The notes: generated by a model from the letters alone, not told the origin. 64,000 nt of DNA from Nitrosopumilus sp. (GCA_965206745.1 OZ242220.1:1795079-1859078), one strand, 5' to 3'; positions 29,775-40,905 are shown, numbered from the stretch's first letter. Numbers and translations: made by a program.

Positions 29775-31703
29775 CTAGTTGGTTTTTGTCTCATCGTTAG
29801 AAGATGATTCATTATCCTGTCCCTCGGTACCTGCTTGTCCCTCGGTACCTGCTTGTCCCTCGGTACCTGCTTGTCCCTCGGTACCTGCTTGTCCCTCGGT
29901 ACCTGCTTGTCCCTCGGTACCTGCTTGTCCCTCGGTACCGGGTGGAGGTGAAGCATTTTTGTAAAGTTCAGTTGTTACTTCATTTACCAGTGCCTGTAGT
30001 GCTTCAAGTTTGGGTTTTAGTTCATCTGGCTCTTTATCTAAAACTTCGCGGACTTCCTTTACAGCATCAGTGATTTTGATTCCTTGCTCTTGTGAGATTT
30101 TATCTTTAAGATCATGATTGACTAGCTTTTCGGTAGTGTAAATGTAACTTTCTGCTTCATTCTTTAAATCAATCTTCTCTTTCTTCTTTTTATCTTCATC
30201 AGAAAACTTTTCTGCATCTTCTTTTAGTTTTTCAATCTCTTCCTTTGATAGTTTTGATGTGGACTCGATTGTAATTTTTGCCTCTTTTTGTGTGCCAAGA
30301 TCTTTTGCAGTTACATTGATTATTCCATTTGCATCAATATCAAACTTGACTTCAATTTGAGGAACTCCTCTAGGGGCAGGCGGTAAATCCGTAAGATTAA
30401 AACTTCCTAATGACACATTATCAGTCGCCATCGGTCTTTCACCCTGAACGACATGAATGGTAACTGCCATTTGATTATCAGCTGCAGTCGTAAAGACTTT
30501 GCTCTTTGAAGTAGGAATCGTGGTATTTCTCTCAATCAGTGGCTCCCTAACACCACCCAAAGTTTCAATTCCCAATGTTAGGGGCGTTACATCAAGTAAA
30601 ACAATATCACTGCTGACATCTCCAGCAATAATTCCGGCCTGAATTGCTGCACCCATGGCTACGGCCTCCATTGGATCCACGCCTGACTCTGATTCTTGGC
30701 CAACTAGTTCACTGACAAATTTTTTCACTAGTGGGATTCTTGTAGGTCCGCCAACCATCACGATTTTATTAATATCAGAATTGGAAAGTTTTGCATCTTC
30801 AAGTGCTTTGAGTACAGAGGGTTTGCATCGCTGTACAATGGGATTAATCAGTTCATCTAGTTTAGCTCTAGTAATTCTCAATTCCAAATTCTTGGCACCT
30901 GCTGAAGGATCATGTGCAATAAATGGCAGGTTAACATCAGTCTCCATCACAGTAGATAATTCAATCTTGGCCTTTTCAGAAGCCTCTCTGATTCTTGTCA
31001 TTGCAGTTGAATCCTGAGAAAGGTCAACACCCTCCTTTTTCTTGAACTCGTCAACAATGAAATCAATTAGGACCTTGTCCATGTCTGTACCACCTAGTTG
31101 AGTATCACCAGACGTGCTGAGAACTTCAAAGACACCTCCACCCATTTCCATGATGGTAACATCCAATGTACCGCCACCAAAATCAAAGACAAGGATTTTC
31201 ATGTCCTCTTTTGCCTTATCTAATCCAAATGCCAAAGATGCAGCAGTTGGTTCATTAATTATCCTGACAACATCAAGACCGGCAATGGTTCCAGCATCTT
31301 TAGTGGCCTGTCGCTGATTATCATCAAAATATGCAGGAACAGTGATGACTGCTTTGCTAACTGCTTCTCCAATGAATGCTTCAGCATCTTTTTTGATTTT
31401 CTGAAGAATAAATGCTGAGATTTGCTGCGGTTTGTATTCTTTATCTAGGATTTTGAAAGTATAATCAGAGCCCATTTTTCTTTTGGCGGCAACTATTGTG
31501 TTGTCAGGATTGCTAACTGCCTGCCTGCGTGCCGGCTCACCAACCAAAAGGTCACCATCTTTGGAGAATGCCACGACTGAGGGGAATGCCTTGCCACCCA
31601 CTGTAGCACCTTCTGCTGCCGGAATAATTGTGGGTTTGCCACCCATTACAACTGCTGCAGCAGAGTTACTTGTTCCCAAGTCAATCCCAATAATTTTAAC
31701 CAT
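29775..31703 (-). CDS. dnaK: Chaperone DnaK (Hsp70)
   Basis: [34 protein letters not shown]. Confidence 0.98.
   Translation of the reverse strand: MVKIIGIDLGTSNSAAAVVMGGKPTIIPAAEGATVGGKAFPSVVAFSKDGDLLVGEPARRQAVSNPDNTIVAAKRKMGSDYTFKILDKEYKPQQISAFILQKIKKDAEAFIGEAVSKAVITVPAYFDDNQRQATKDAGTIAGLDVVRIINEPTAASLAFGLDKAKEDMKILVFDFGGGTLDVTIMEMGGGVFEVLSTSGDTQLGGTDMDKVLIDFIVDEFKKKEGVDLSQDSTAMTRIREASEKAKIELSTVMETDVNLPFIAHDPSAGAKNLELRITRAKLDELINPIVQRCKPSVLKALEDAKLSNSDINKIVMVGGPTRIPLVKKFVSELVGQESESGVDPMEAVAMGAAIQAGIIAGDVSSDIVLLDVTPLTLGIETLGGVREPLIERNTTIPTSKSKVFTTAADNQMAVTIHVVQGERPMATDNVSLGSFNLTDLPPAPRGVPQIEVKFDIDANGIINVTAKDLGTQKEAKITIESTSKLSKEEIEKLKEDAEKFSDEDKKKKEKIDLKNEAESYIYTTEKLVNHDLKDKISQEQGIKITDAVKEVREVLDKEPDELKPKLEALQALVNEVTTELYKNASPPPGTEGQAGTEGQAGTEGQAGTEGQAGTEGQAGTEGQAGTEGQDNESSSNDETKTN
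29818..29939. repeat. Perfect 18-bp tandem repeat, about 6.8 copies, in the dnaK 3' end (GTEGQA)n
   Basis: TGTCCCTCGGTACCTGCT x6 plus a 14-nt partial copy, no mismatches. Confidence 0.97.
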
Positions 31704-31712
31704 TTATCATCA

Positions 31713-32276
31713 TCATCCTTTTTTTGAAATTTCTACTAGTGTCGGTCTTATAACTCTCTCATGAGAAATATATCCCTTCCTGATCTCTTTTGTAATTGTA
31801 TTGTCATCCAAGTCAGGATCGGTGATTGTGGATATTGCCTCATGAAAATTCGGATCAAAGATCTCCCCTAATGCGCCAATTGGTTTGATATGATATTTTT
31901 GCAGTAAAGAGTCCATATTTTTTAGGATTGAGTCCAAGCCGTCCAGATTAATTTTACTTTCAGAAAAAACTTCTTTGGCCCTGACAAAATCATCATAAAT
32001 TTGTAAAAAATCTAATGCAAATTCGTTAATCTTTGAATTTATTCCGTTTTCTATATCAGCTTGTGTTTTTCTGCTCAGATTTTGAAAATCAGCTAATACA
32101 AGTTTCAATTTTTCCTTATATTCAGATGATCTCTGTTTTTCCAATTCTAATTGCTTAGTTAATTCATCAATGCCAGGTTCTAAAGGCCTTGGTTCGATCA
32201 CAGAAGAATCATTTTCTTCTACATCTTCAGATGATGCGTTAACAGGTATTTCATCCAAATTAGATTCGTCAGACAA
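31713..32276 (-). CDS. grpE: Nucleotide exchange factor GrpE
   Basis: ADFQN, FDPNFHEA, KGY....VIRP..V; upstream of dnaK. Confidence 0.95.
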   Translation of the reverse strand: MSDESNLDEIPVNASSEDVEENDSSVIEPRPLEPGIDELTKQLELEKQRSSEYKEKLKLVLADFQNLSRKTQADIENGINSKINEFALDFLQIYDDFVRAKEVFSESKINLDGLDSILKNMDSLLQKYHIKPIGALGEIFDPNFHEAISTITDPDLDDNTITKEIRKGYISHERVIRPTLVEISKKG

Positions 32277-32298
32277 TTCAATAGAAATAATGATTTAG

Positions 32299-33462
32299 CT
32301 AATTTATACTATTATTGATTATTTCACACAGAGGATTGGCCTTTACGATTATTAAATCAGAATCCCGTTTTGTTTTTTCAATATTATCAAAGTCAGATTT
32401 TGAGCAGGCTACAACTATTGTTGTTTTATCACTATGGAACAAATCAAAGTCTGGATCCTCATAGGCTTCCACATTGCCGATGTAATCACGCAGTTTTGAT
32501 GTCAGAATTTTTAACATCTCAATTTTATCTCCACGCATTGCATGTTGATCAAGCGTCCAAGATAACGCAATCTTTGTTTTGCTTGCTTTGAGATCATTTT
32601 TCTTTAGCGTTGTGCGAATCTCATCAATTAACCGCTTGATGTACCCATCAATTCCTTTTACACTTCCATTAATCAAGTATATCAGAGAGTTTGCACCCTC
32701 AAAAGATGTGCCCAGGGATTTTAAATCAAGTAGCCCGCTAACCATATCGTCTAAAAATATTTTCTGAAATTCATCTGAAGAAAGATCATTTTTGGTAACA
32801 TCATCGTGAGCATATTTACAGACTTCTAAAATGCTACATAAACTTGAAAATCCGGACAGGACATCAATGGCATGGAAATGCTCAGATGATGAAATTGCCA
32901 CAAATTTTTTCTCTTGCTTGCCTACCGTGAGAAGCTCTGCCAATTTCAAATCTTCTTTCCCGTCAAATGATCCAATAATTTTTGGCTGTTCTTTGAGATC
33001 CTCAAGAGGATAATAAAAATATGAGATATGCTTGCCTGTCTCAAAGCCTGTGACATGCTCAAGTAATGAAATATTCTCATTGTTTCCACCAAATCCTGTT
33101 GGAAGTGTAAAAATTACAGAGCTGTTCTTTTTCATGGATGTGATTGCATCTTTAAATTTTGAATGAATTTCAGTTTTAATGTCTTGCCCAGTTTTTCTAA
33201 TTCTCGGGGTAAAGAAGAGGTATTGTGCCTTTGAAATTGCCACGTCAATTGGCTCCATGGCTAAAAGAGGCTCATCCTCTTTCAGGGAAGATACGTTTGG
33301 ATATGTTTTGGCAATCTCAGCTTTGAGTGAAATCGCTGACGGGGTAGATTCATCAATGATGTAGACATCTGCACCTTTTATTGCCATTTGTGATGCAATT
33401 GAATATCCCTCAGTGCTAAGACCATATACCACAACTTTGACTCCTGCCATAATTCTTGTCAT
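32299..33462 (-). CDS. Degenerate nucleotide-sugar dehydrogenase-like protein
   Basis: VVVYGLSTEG (broken Rossmann motif); layout parallels the 37614 protein; no catalytic GGxC motif. Confidence 0.55.
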   Translation of the reverse strand: MTRIMAGVKVVVYGLSTEGYSIASQMAIKGADVYIIDESTPSAISLKAEIAKTYPNVSSLKEDEPLLAMEPIDVAISKAQYLFFTPRIRKTGQDIKTEIHSKFKDAITSMKKNSSVIFTLPTGFGGNNENISLLEHVTGFETGKHISYFYYPLEDLKEQPKIIGSFDGKEDLKLAELLTVGKQEKKFVAISSSEHFHAIDVLSGFSSLCSILEVCKYAHDDVTKNDLSSDEFQKIFLDDMVSGLLDLKSLGTSFEGANSLIYLINGSVKGIDGYIKRLIDEIRTTLKKNDLKASKTKIALSWTLDQHAMRGDKIEMLKILTSKLRDYIGNVEAYEDPDFDLFHSDKTTIVVACSKSDFDNIEKTKRDSDLIIVKANPLCEIINNSIN

Positions 33463-33512
33463 GTATTAGACTCAAAAAAACTTATTTAATTTACCATAAT
33501 TAGAGGAAATAC

Positions 33513-34544
33513 TTGAAAATATGGATAGATGTTCTTACTCCCAAACAATTATTGTTTTTGGAGCCAATAATGAAGAATTTAGGTAAGAAACACAAGATTT
33601 TATGCACTACTAGAAGATATCGAGAAGTAGATCACTTAATAAAGATTAGAAAGTTGAAAATACAGACCATTGGAAAACATGGTGGGAGCAATAACTCTGA
33701 TAAATTAAATGCAAATCTGAATAGAATGAAAGGTCTAATGCCAATTATTGAAAAATTTAGACCAGATGTAACAATTAGTTCTTGTTCACCTGATGCTGCA
33801 AGAATTTCATATGGATTGCAGATTAAGCATGTAGCGTTTTCTGATGCGCCTCATGCAGAAGCTGTTATGAAATTAACCATACCATTAATCCAAAAATTAT
33901 TAATTCCATGGGTAATTCCAAAGAAAGAATTTACCAAATATGGAATATTACCAAAAAATATTATCACTTACAAAGCAATAGATGCTACTTTAATAATATC
34001 CCAAAAACCAAAAAAGAATACAGTTCCTCAAATAAATAAAAAAGGCAGGAATATTTTATTCAGAACCCATGAATCAAGTGCATCATATACAAAAAAGAAG
34101 ATAGATTTAGTAAAAATGATTAAAATACTCGCATCGATTAAAAACGTAAACATCATAGTTTTAGGAAGATATTCTGATGAGATAGCCCAATTGGCAAAGA
34201 ATCTGAATAATCAAGTTACGATATTAAAAAAACCTGTTGATAGTGGGGAAATTTTAGGAATGACAGATATTTTTGTAGGTTCAGGAGGTACAATGACTGC
34301 CGAAGCAGCTCTTAGAGGAATTCCAACGTTGTCATATAATGCAATTCCAAATATCATAGAGGAATACCTGGTAAGGAAAAAATTAGTAACAAGAATTGAT
34401 AAAGCAAATGAATTGGATAAACTGATTTTACGAATTCTAAATAAAAAATCAAATACACTGAAAAATCGTGCAAAAAAAGAATTCAAAAGTATGGAGAATC
34501 CGATGAAAAAACTTGAATCTGTTTTAGATACGCTTAATGAATAA
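33513..34544 (+). CDS. DUF354 family protein (GT-B fold, LpxB-like)
   Basis: KIWID..TPKQ, IGKHGG, SPDAAR, GSGGTMTAEAALRG.PT. Confidence 0.85.
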   Translation: MKIWIDVLTPKQLLFLEPIMKNLGKKHKILCTTRRYREVDHLIKIRKLKIQTIGKHGGSNNSDKLNANLNRMKGLMPIIEKFRPDVTISSCSPDAARISYGLQIKHVAFSDAPHAEAVMKLTIPLIQKLLIPWVIPKKEFTKYGILPKNIITYKAIDATLIISQKPKKNTVPQINKKGRNILFRTHESSASYTKKKIDLVKMIKILASIKNVNIIVLGRYSDEIAQLAKNLNNQVTILKKPVDSGEILGMTDIFVGSGGTMTAEAALRGIPTLSYNAIPNIIEEYLVRKKLVTRIDKANELDKLILRILNKKSNTLKNRAKKEFKSMENPMKKLESVLDTLNE

Positions 34545-34578
34545 CATTTTAAGGGAAATTAAAACAGAAAACTTGGGC

Positions 34579-34651
34579 AGCCCGGTAGTGTAGCGGTCAA
34601 GCATAGAGGCCTTTGAAGCCTTTGACCCCAGTTCGAGTCTGGGCCGGGCTA
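34579..34651 (+). tRNA. tRNA-Gln(TTG)
   Basis: AGCCCGG/CCGGGCT acceptor with A1-U72, anticodon loop CT-TTG-AA, GTTCGAGT T-loop, T-tract downstream. Confidence 0.95.
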
Positions 34652-34693
34652 CTTTTTTGAAAAATTAAAAAATCAAAAGATTGTATTTCATCG

Positions 34694-35786
34694 TCTTGTA
34701 TGAATAGTATTGTTTTTTATGGTATTCTACTCCATCCATTTTGAGTTGTTTTCCTGATCACTTCGGAGACACAATTATCTCTGTCTCATCCTGGAGTTTG
34801 GTCCATCAATGTATAATGAAAAATGCAATCTATCCCCATTGTAGTAACTCTGAATTCGGACATCTCTCCAAGGTGAACCAGTTCTGCCTTCAATGTACCA
34901 AAGAATCCCTCAATCTTGTCACTAGTCTGTGGATGTTTTACACATACCAAAAACTGCACCATGTTGTGATCAGTTAGCTCTTGCCGGTATAATGCAAGTT
35001 TACTGTTCGATGAATCCCATGTTAGGTACAAATTGAGTTCCGTGGTGAGAGTGTCTGTCCTGAGATTTCAGAATTTCTTTATGGCGTTCCTTAGAATCAA
35101 TATCGTATTTTCTGATGTTGCTTCAGGGAACAATCCAGATTCAGTTACACACCTTGATGCATCATCAAGATACATTATCAAATTCGGTTCCTTTAGGCAT
35201 GGATCCTTCATTTTGTGCCAGTCAACATGCCAAATTGCGTTTGAATACTTTCATTCAAATCGTATATGGGGCCATTTACTCAAAAAACCAAGCATAGAAA
35301 TATTTTCAACAATGCCGATTCATATCAGATTGAAAGGCAGAGACGGCCTCATCAAATCGTACTCACTTGCATCTCTGTAGTTTATTTTTTGAGGATACCA
35401 CTAGACCTTCCTGTTTCATTATATGGCATATTTGATGATAAGATACTTTGGATTATTGCAGATGGTCGTTTTTTCATATGTCTTACACCTGCCGGTTCTT
35501 TGTCGTACATCTCTAGAATTTTGATGTCTTGCTTGGCTGAGATCTGTTTTGATCTGCAATGTTCTTTGACTGTGCAATGTGTGTGTTTTGGGATAATATC
35601 ACCATATCTTGCAGATCCAATCTACAGATTGTCTAGTTCCTGAGCAATGACTATTGCATATTTTTTTCTGTTTGTTGTGTATGATGCCTCCTTGATTGAG
35701 GCTTCTAATGGACATTATTATTGATCACTGAATTCTTGTGTGATTCCTTTGTTTGTTTAGTTTGGATGTATACTATTTGCACAACA
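34694..35786 (-). mobile_element. Decayed IS481-family element (transposase pseudogene)
   Basis: Frame-broken minus-strand peptides YERKYSNAIWHVDW..LIMYLDDASR..LFPEATSEN and HPQTSDKIEGFFGTLK (rve/DDE core); degenerate terminal IRs TCTTGTATGAATAGTAT and, on the reverse strand, TGTTGTGCAAATAGTAT; about 1.1 kb. Confidence 0.8.
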
Positions 35787-35850
35787 GATATTTTTTATAT
35801 AACATAAAGATTATATTTAAACACAAAATGTGTGTTGTAAGTGCTTTAAT

Positions 35851-37560
35851 TTGAATGATATTATAATACTAGGTATTACTGATGGTCATAATGCAGGCGC
35901 CTGTCTTTTACGAAATGGAAAAATAGAATATGCAATTTCAGAAGAAAGAATTTCCAGAAACAAAAATGAAGCAGGATATCCAAAGCTTGTTGTTGAAAAA
36001 ATTCTTAAATTATCAAATGTTAAAGCTGAAGAAATCCATACAGTTGCTTTAGCTGGTAAATTCAGTCATGAAAAAAACTTCTATTCCAGGGTGGATTGGT
36101 ACAAAGTCGGTTTTGAAAACCAACTAGAAGATAGCAAAAAAGGAAACATGGTGAACTTTGAGAATCAGTTAAAGGGTAGAAAAAAAGCTATTACTGATCA
36201 TCTAGGAATAGATGAAAAGAAGATTACTGTTGTCGGACATCATTTATCGCACGCGGCATCTGCATATCTAGCATCACCATGGGTAAATGATGAAAAAGTT
36301 CTAGTTCTTACTTGTGATGGCTCAGGTGACGGAATATGTGCCACAGTAAACATTGGACAAAATGGAAAAATTACTAGAATTTCAAAAACAGAAAATAGTG
36401 CATCAGTAGGCAAAGTCTATTCTAGAATTACGTTGCTTTTAGGAATGAAGCCTTTGGAGCACGAATATAAAATTATGGGACTAGCTCCATACGCTGATGA
36501 AGCAGGAGTGGCAAAATCCAAGAAAGTTCTTGATGAACTATTGGAAGTAAAAGAATCCAGTCTGGAATTTAGCATGAAATCTAAATTGTCTATGAATTAT
36601 TGTTATGAATTTCTAAAAACTAGATTGGAAAATCATAGATTTGATTGGATAGCAGGCGGAATTCAACAATTAACTGAGGAATTGGTAAAAAAATGGGTGA
36701 TTAATACCTTGAAAAAAACAGGTTGCAGAAAAGTTGTTTGTGCAGGTGGTGTATTTATGAATGTAAAATCCAACATGCATATTTCAGAATTAGACATGAT
36801 TGATGAGATTTTCATCTTTCCAAGTGCAGGTGATGAATCACTTGCAATGGGATCAGCAATGTACGCTTATTCAGAAATTCTTGAGGAGATGGGAAAGAAG
36901 ATCCAGCTAGAACCAATAGGACCAATTTATCTTGGAACGGAATTCTCAGATTCAGAGATTGAAGATGAGATAGGAAAGAATGAACTGGAGAAAGGATTTT
37001 CAGTTGAATATAGCAAAGATGTTGAAAAACATGTTGCAGAACTATTGTCACAAGGGGAAATTGTTGCCAGATTTAAAGATAGAATGGAATGGGGAGCTCG
37101 TTCATTAGGGAATAGAAGTATACTTGCAGATCCTAGCAGTTTTGATAAAGTCAGGGACATCAATTTGGCCATCAAACAACGCGATTTTTGGATGCCGTTT
37201 GCACCCTCTATAATTTCAGAAAGACAAGATGATTATATTGAAAATCCAAGAAAAATCAAAGCGCCATACATGGTAATGGGTTTTCGTACCAAGGAGAGGG
37301 CACATAAAGAATTAGCATCAGCGATTCATCCGTATGACTTGACATCCAGACCACAGCTGCTTGAAAAAGAATTCAATCCAGCATATTATGACCTGATTAG
37401 TAATTTTGAAAAACATACAGGAATTCCAGCTTTGCTCAATACCTCATTTAATCTGCATGGATATCCAATCGTTTGCACTCCAACTGATGCAATTCATACT
37501 CTGAAAAAATCAGGGCTAAAACATCTTGCAGTTGGAAATTATTTAATAAGTAAAATTTAG
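35851..37560 (+). CDS. O-carbamoyltransferase (NodU/CmcH family)
   Basis: HNAGA, SEER.SR.K, HH.SHAAS, DGSGD, EYKIMGLAPY, AGGVFMNVK, GD, E.GARSLGNRSI, PFAP, LNTSFNLHG.PIV; start placed at TTG 35851. Confidence 0.93.
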   Translation: MNDIIILGITDGHNAGACLLRNGKIEYAISEERISRNKNEAGYPKLVVEKILKLSNVKAEEIHTVALAGKFSHEKNFYSRVDWYKVGFENQLEDSKKGNMVNFENQLKGRKKAITDHLGIDEKKITVVGHHLSHAASAYLASPWVNDEKVLVLTCDGSGDGICATVNIGQNGKITRISKTENSASVGKVYSRITLLLGMKPLEHEYKIMGLAPYADEAGVAKSKKVLDELLEVKESSLEFSMKSKLSMNYCYEFLKTRLENHRFDWIAGGIQQLTEELVKKWVINTLKKTGCRKVVCAGGVFMNVKSNMHISELDMIDEIFIFPSAGDESLAMGSAMYAYSEILEEMGKKIQLEPIGPIYLGTEFSDSEIEDEIGKNELEKGFSVEYSKDVEKHVAELLSQGEIVARFKDRMEWGARSLGNRSILADPSSFDKVRDINLAIKQRDFWMPFAPSIISERQDDYIENPRKIKAPYMVMGFRTKERAHKELASAIHPYDLTSRPQLLEKEFNPAYYDLISNFEKHTGIPALLNTSFNLHGYPIVCTPTDAIHTLKKSGLKHLAVGNYLISKI

Positions 37561-37613
37561 AATGCTGAAAATACAATGATAAATTAATATTAATTTCATC
37601 ATTAATCAAAATA

Positions 37614-38996
37614 TTGCTTGAAAATGAAGGAATTTTGGATTTAGATATCGAAGAATATGTAAAAAAGATTCAAAGAAAAGATATCAAAATCTCTGTTATT
37701 GGATTAGGAAGGATTGGCTTGCCTACCGCCGTAGCCATAGCAAGATCTGATTTGCCCACCATTGGCGTAGATATTAATCAAGAAATTGTTGAATTTACAA
37801 ACCTGGGAAAGTTGAGAGTAAATGATGAGCCGGGATTGGAAGAAGCATTGCAAAAAGTACTTGAAAATAAAAAATTTTTGGCTACAACAAAAATTGATGA
37901 ATCAGTCAGGGATGCAGATATAATTATTGTCTGCTTGCCAACTCCTCTTGACGATGACTTGAAAAAAACTAATTATCAGTTTTTGTTAAATGGATGCTCT
38001 GAAATTGCAAAAATTATGAAAAAGAATTCACTGATAATAATAGAAAGCACAGTTGGGCCAGGAATAGTTGAAAATAAAGTTATTCCAGTATTAGAAAAAG
38101 AAAGCAACCTCACCTCCGGAAAAGATTTTGGTGTTGCTAGTTGCCCAGAACGTGCAAATCCATCTACAATATTGACAGATTTTAACAAAATTCCAAGGGT
38201 GGTAGGAGGAATAAACGAAAAATGCACAAACTTTGCTTCCCATCTATATGAATTTATTTTTAAAATTAATGTAGTACGTGTAAAAAATTGTAAAACTGCA
38301 AATGCGATTAAAATAGTTGAAAATGTTTTCAGAGATGTAAATGTGGCATTTATCAATGAAATTGCAATTTTTTGTGATAGAATGGGAATGGATGTAAATG
38401 AACTGATTGAAGGTTGCCAAACAAAATATAATTTCATACCACATTTTCCAGGTCCTGGAGTTGGAGGTCCGTGCCTTCCAGTCAATCCTTATCAATTACT
38501 AGATGCACCTGAATCAGAAGATATTCTTCAAGTAGTCAGGATTGCAAGAAAGATAAATTCCGAAATGCCAAAATATGTGATCAAATTAGTTGAGGATTCA
38601 CTAAATGAAATTAGCAAAAAATATGAAAACATTACAATTGGGATTTTGGGGATTTCATACAAACCAAATGTTGGAGATATTCAACTAACTCCAATCAAAG
38701 AAGTTGTTGAAAAACTAAAACAGATGGATTTCAAAATAAAGATTTTTGATCCTTATTTTGTCAAGAAGGAGTTTATGTCAATAAAAATTGAAGAAAGTAT
38801 TGAGAATCTTGTTGATGATTGTGATGTGATAATTTTAGGCACAGATCATGATGAATTTTTAAAGATGGATTTCAACATGTTGAAAAATCTAATGAAGCCA
38901 TCTGGAATAGTGATTGATACTAGAGGCAAACTATCATCTAATGCAGTTAGGGATGCGGGATTAATTTTCAAGGGAATTGGCACGTCGGTAAAATAA
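37614..38996 (+). CDS. Nucleotide-sugar dehydrogenase (UDP-GlcNAc/ManNAc 6-dehydrogenase type)
   Basis: GLGRIG, CLPTP, ESTV.PG, CPER, EN.FRDVN.AF.NE, PGPGVGGPCLP, YKPN. Confidence 0.9.
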   Translation: MLENEGILDLDIEEYVKKIQRKDIKISVIGLGRIGLPTAVAIARSDLPTIGVDINQEIVEFTNLGKLRVNDEPGLEEALQKVLENKKFLATTKIDESVRDADIIIVCLPTPLDDDLKKTNYQFLLNGCSEIAKIMKKNSLIIIESTVGPGIVENKVIPVLEKESNLTSGKDFGVASCPERANPSTILTDFNKIPRVVGGINEKCTNFASHLYEFIFKINVVRVKNCKTANAIKIVENVFRDVNVAFINEIAIFCDRMGMDVNELIEGCQTKYNFIPHFPGPGVGGPCLPVNPYQLLDAPESEDILQVVRIARKINSEMPKYVIKLVEDSLNEISKKYENITIGILGISYKPNVGDIQLTPIKEVVEKLKQMDFKIKIFDPYFVKKEFMSIKIEESIENLVDDCDVIILGTDHDEFLKMDFNMLKNLMKPSGIVIDTRGKLSSNAVRDAGLIFKGIGTSVK

Positions 38997-38997
38997 A

Positions 38998-39759
38998 TTA
39001 GAAATCCAATTTTGTAAGCAGCCGTGAGGCAATAACAAACAGTGTGGATGCAATTGCCACCAGTACTATCATCTCAATGATTACAAACTCATCGATGGTT
39101 CCAAAAATTCCTGCCCTAATCACATCCACAAGATATGTCAATGGATTTAGATAAAATGCAGTTCGTAGGGGTTCTGGAGCACCATCAGCCGGATAGAATG
39201 CAGTACTAACAAAAGCAAAGAAGAGAAAAACAGTATTGATGATTACATTGAATCCTTCACTTGAGCGTAGTCGGGTTGAGATAATTGATGCCAATGAGCC
39301 AAAAAGTACCGAGCCTGTGATGGCACCAAAGATGATTATTGGGATTGTAACAAATGAGAATTCGACAGATTCAAAAAAGACTGGATATCCGACTACTGCT
39401 ATCAGTGCAGCACTGACTAGTCCGATTATCCCAATGGTGCAAATATTGCTCAGTATGTAATGACTCCTGGTGAATGGTCCGGACATAATTTGCTCGAACA
39501 TTCCATGTTTTCTGTCATTCCAGATAATGATGCCAGAGATCAGTGTGCTATTCATTATGTTAAATCCGATCATGCCAGATGCTAAAAATGCAGGATAGTC
39601 AAGATCCTTATTTCCAAACGGAACTGCACTGATTAATGGCGCATATGCAAACCCTGCCACAAAGATATAGATCAAAGGAAAAATCACTTGCCAGATCAAA
39701 AAACCGGGATTAAGAGAAATCGTGAGATTTCTATTGACAAGCCTAATTAGCGGATGCAT
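38998..39759 (-). CDS. ABC-2 type transporter permease
   Basis: Six hydrophobic segments, DR..G.FE, NPLTY.VD..R. Confidence 0.9.
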   Translation of the reverse strand: MHPLIRLVNRNLTISLNPGFLIWQVIFPLIYIFVAGFAYAPLISAVPFGNKDLDYPAFLASGMIGFNIMNSTLISGIIIWNDRKHGMFEQIMSGPFTRSHYILSNICTIGIIGLVSAALIAVVGYPVFFESVEFSFVTIPIIIFGAITGSVLFGSLASIISTRLRSSEGFNVIINTVFLFFAFVSTAFYPADGAPEPLRTAFYLNPLTYLVDVIRAGIFGTIDEFVIIEMIVLVAIASTLFVIASRLLTKLDF

Positions 39760-40681
39760 TTTCTCTTACCATGTTCAAAAAGATCTCTTCAAGGTTTGTC
39801 GGTACCGCAGATAGATCCTCAATCTCAACTCCATTTTCATTGAGAATTTTTAGCACCTTTAACAGTACCAATTCAGATTGCTCCGAACGAATAATGATAT
39901 TGGTTCCAGTTTCAAAATCAATTTTACAGTCAGAGATACCAGATAGAAGGGAGGTGACTTTGGATTGTTTCTCCAATAGATGAATCTTGATGGTCTTTTC
40001 TTTTCCAAATCTGTTTTTTAATGCATCAGGTGAATCAACAGTGACAATCTTTCCTTTATCAATAATGGCTATCTGATCACACAGGTATTCTGCTTCAGAT
40101 AGAATATGCGTGGTGTAAAAGATTGTCAAGCCTGTCTTGACTTTACTTTTTAAATAATCTAACAATTTTCTTCTGGCACTTGGATCTAATCCGACAGTAG
40201 GCTCATCTAAAAACAATAGCTCCATATCATGCATGAACTCGCGTGCAACTTGGACCCTTCTTCGTTGGCCAATAGACAGATCCTCATTTCTTTTCTTGCG
40301 AATTTCAACCAGATCAAAATCATTCAATAGTTGTTCCATCCTTTTTTTACGCTCAATTTTAGGGACATCCCACATCATTCCATATTTTTCAAGAGCCTTT
40401 TCCACAGACAATGTAGGCTCGTAGCTGGGCTGCTGTAAAACAACCCCAATTTTATGACGAATCTTGAGAGGATCTGCCACAGCATCAACGCCCAGGATGG
40501 ATAATGAGCCACTTGATGGCGGGATGAGAGTGGTAAGGAGTTTGATTGTGGTGGATTTTCCGGCACCATTTGGGCCTAAAAATCCAAAGACCTGACCTGA
40601 TTTTACCGACAGGACAAGGTCATCTACTGCACGAACTGAACCGTATGACTTTGATAGATGGCTAACATCGATACAGGACAT
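39743..40681 (-). CDS. ABC transporter ATP-binding protein (DrrA-like)
   Basis: GPNGAGKST, LSIGQ, LDEPTVGLDP, TTH. Confidence 0.93.
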   Translation of the reverse strand: MSCIDVSHLSKSYGSVRAVDDLVLSVKSGQVFGFLGPNGAGKSTTIKLLTTLIPPSSGSLSILGVDAVADPLKIRHKIGVVLQQPSYEPTLSVEKALEKYGMMWDVPKIERKKRMEQLLNDFDLVEIRKKRNEDLSIGQRRRVQVAREFMHDMELLFLDEPTVGLDPSARRKLLDYLKSKVKTGLTIFYTTHILSEAEYLCDQIAIIDKGKIVTVDSPDALKNRFGKEKTIKIHLLEKQSKVTSLLSGISDCKIDFETGTNIIIRSEQSELVLLKVLKILNENGVEIEDLSAVPTNLEEIFLNMVRENASAN

Positions 40682-40905
40682 ATCAAAACTGCGATCTACC
40701 TATTAATTTAGTTAGTGAGATAAATCAGGACATTTTTTGGAAAATTGTAATTAATTGTGACAAATCATGCACGGATTTGGAAGGTTGTCTGTCTGGCAGA
40801 TTTGAAGATAAAATAAAATAATGCCCAGGCGATCATTTTGTTAAAGAGAACAGAGTTCCAAAAGAATGAAATTTTTATTAATGGAGTAGGTTTAACAAAA
40901 GTGAG

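Noticed and set aside
29732-30073. ORFs with VPRDKQ, PSVPAC and VPRYLL repeats, or a CRISPR-like array
   Set aside because: Alternative frames of the 18-bp dnaK repeat; units are contiguous with no spacers, so not CRISPR
34741-35643. Plus-strand ORFs of 60-125 aa
   Set aside because: Antisense shadows of the decayed minus-strand transposase
40690-40900. Possible replication origin or ORB-like GTTCCAAAAGAA in AT-rich intergenic DNA
   Set aside because: Single weak match, no repeated ORBs and no cdc6/orc1 nearby
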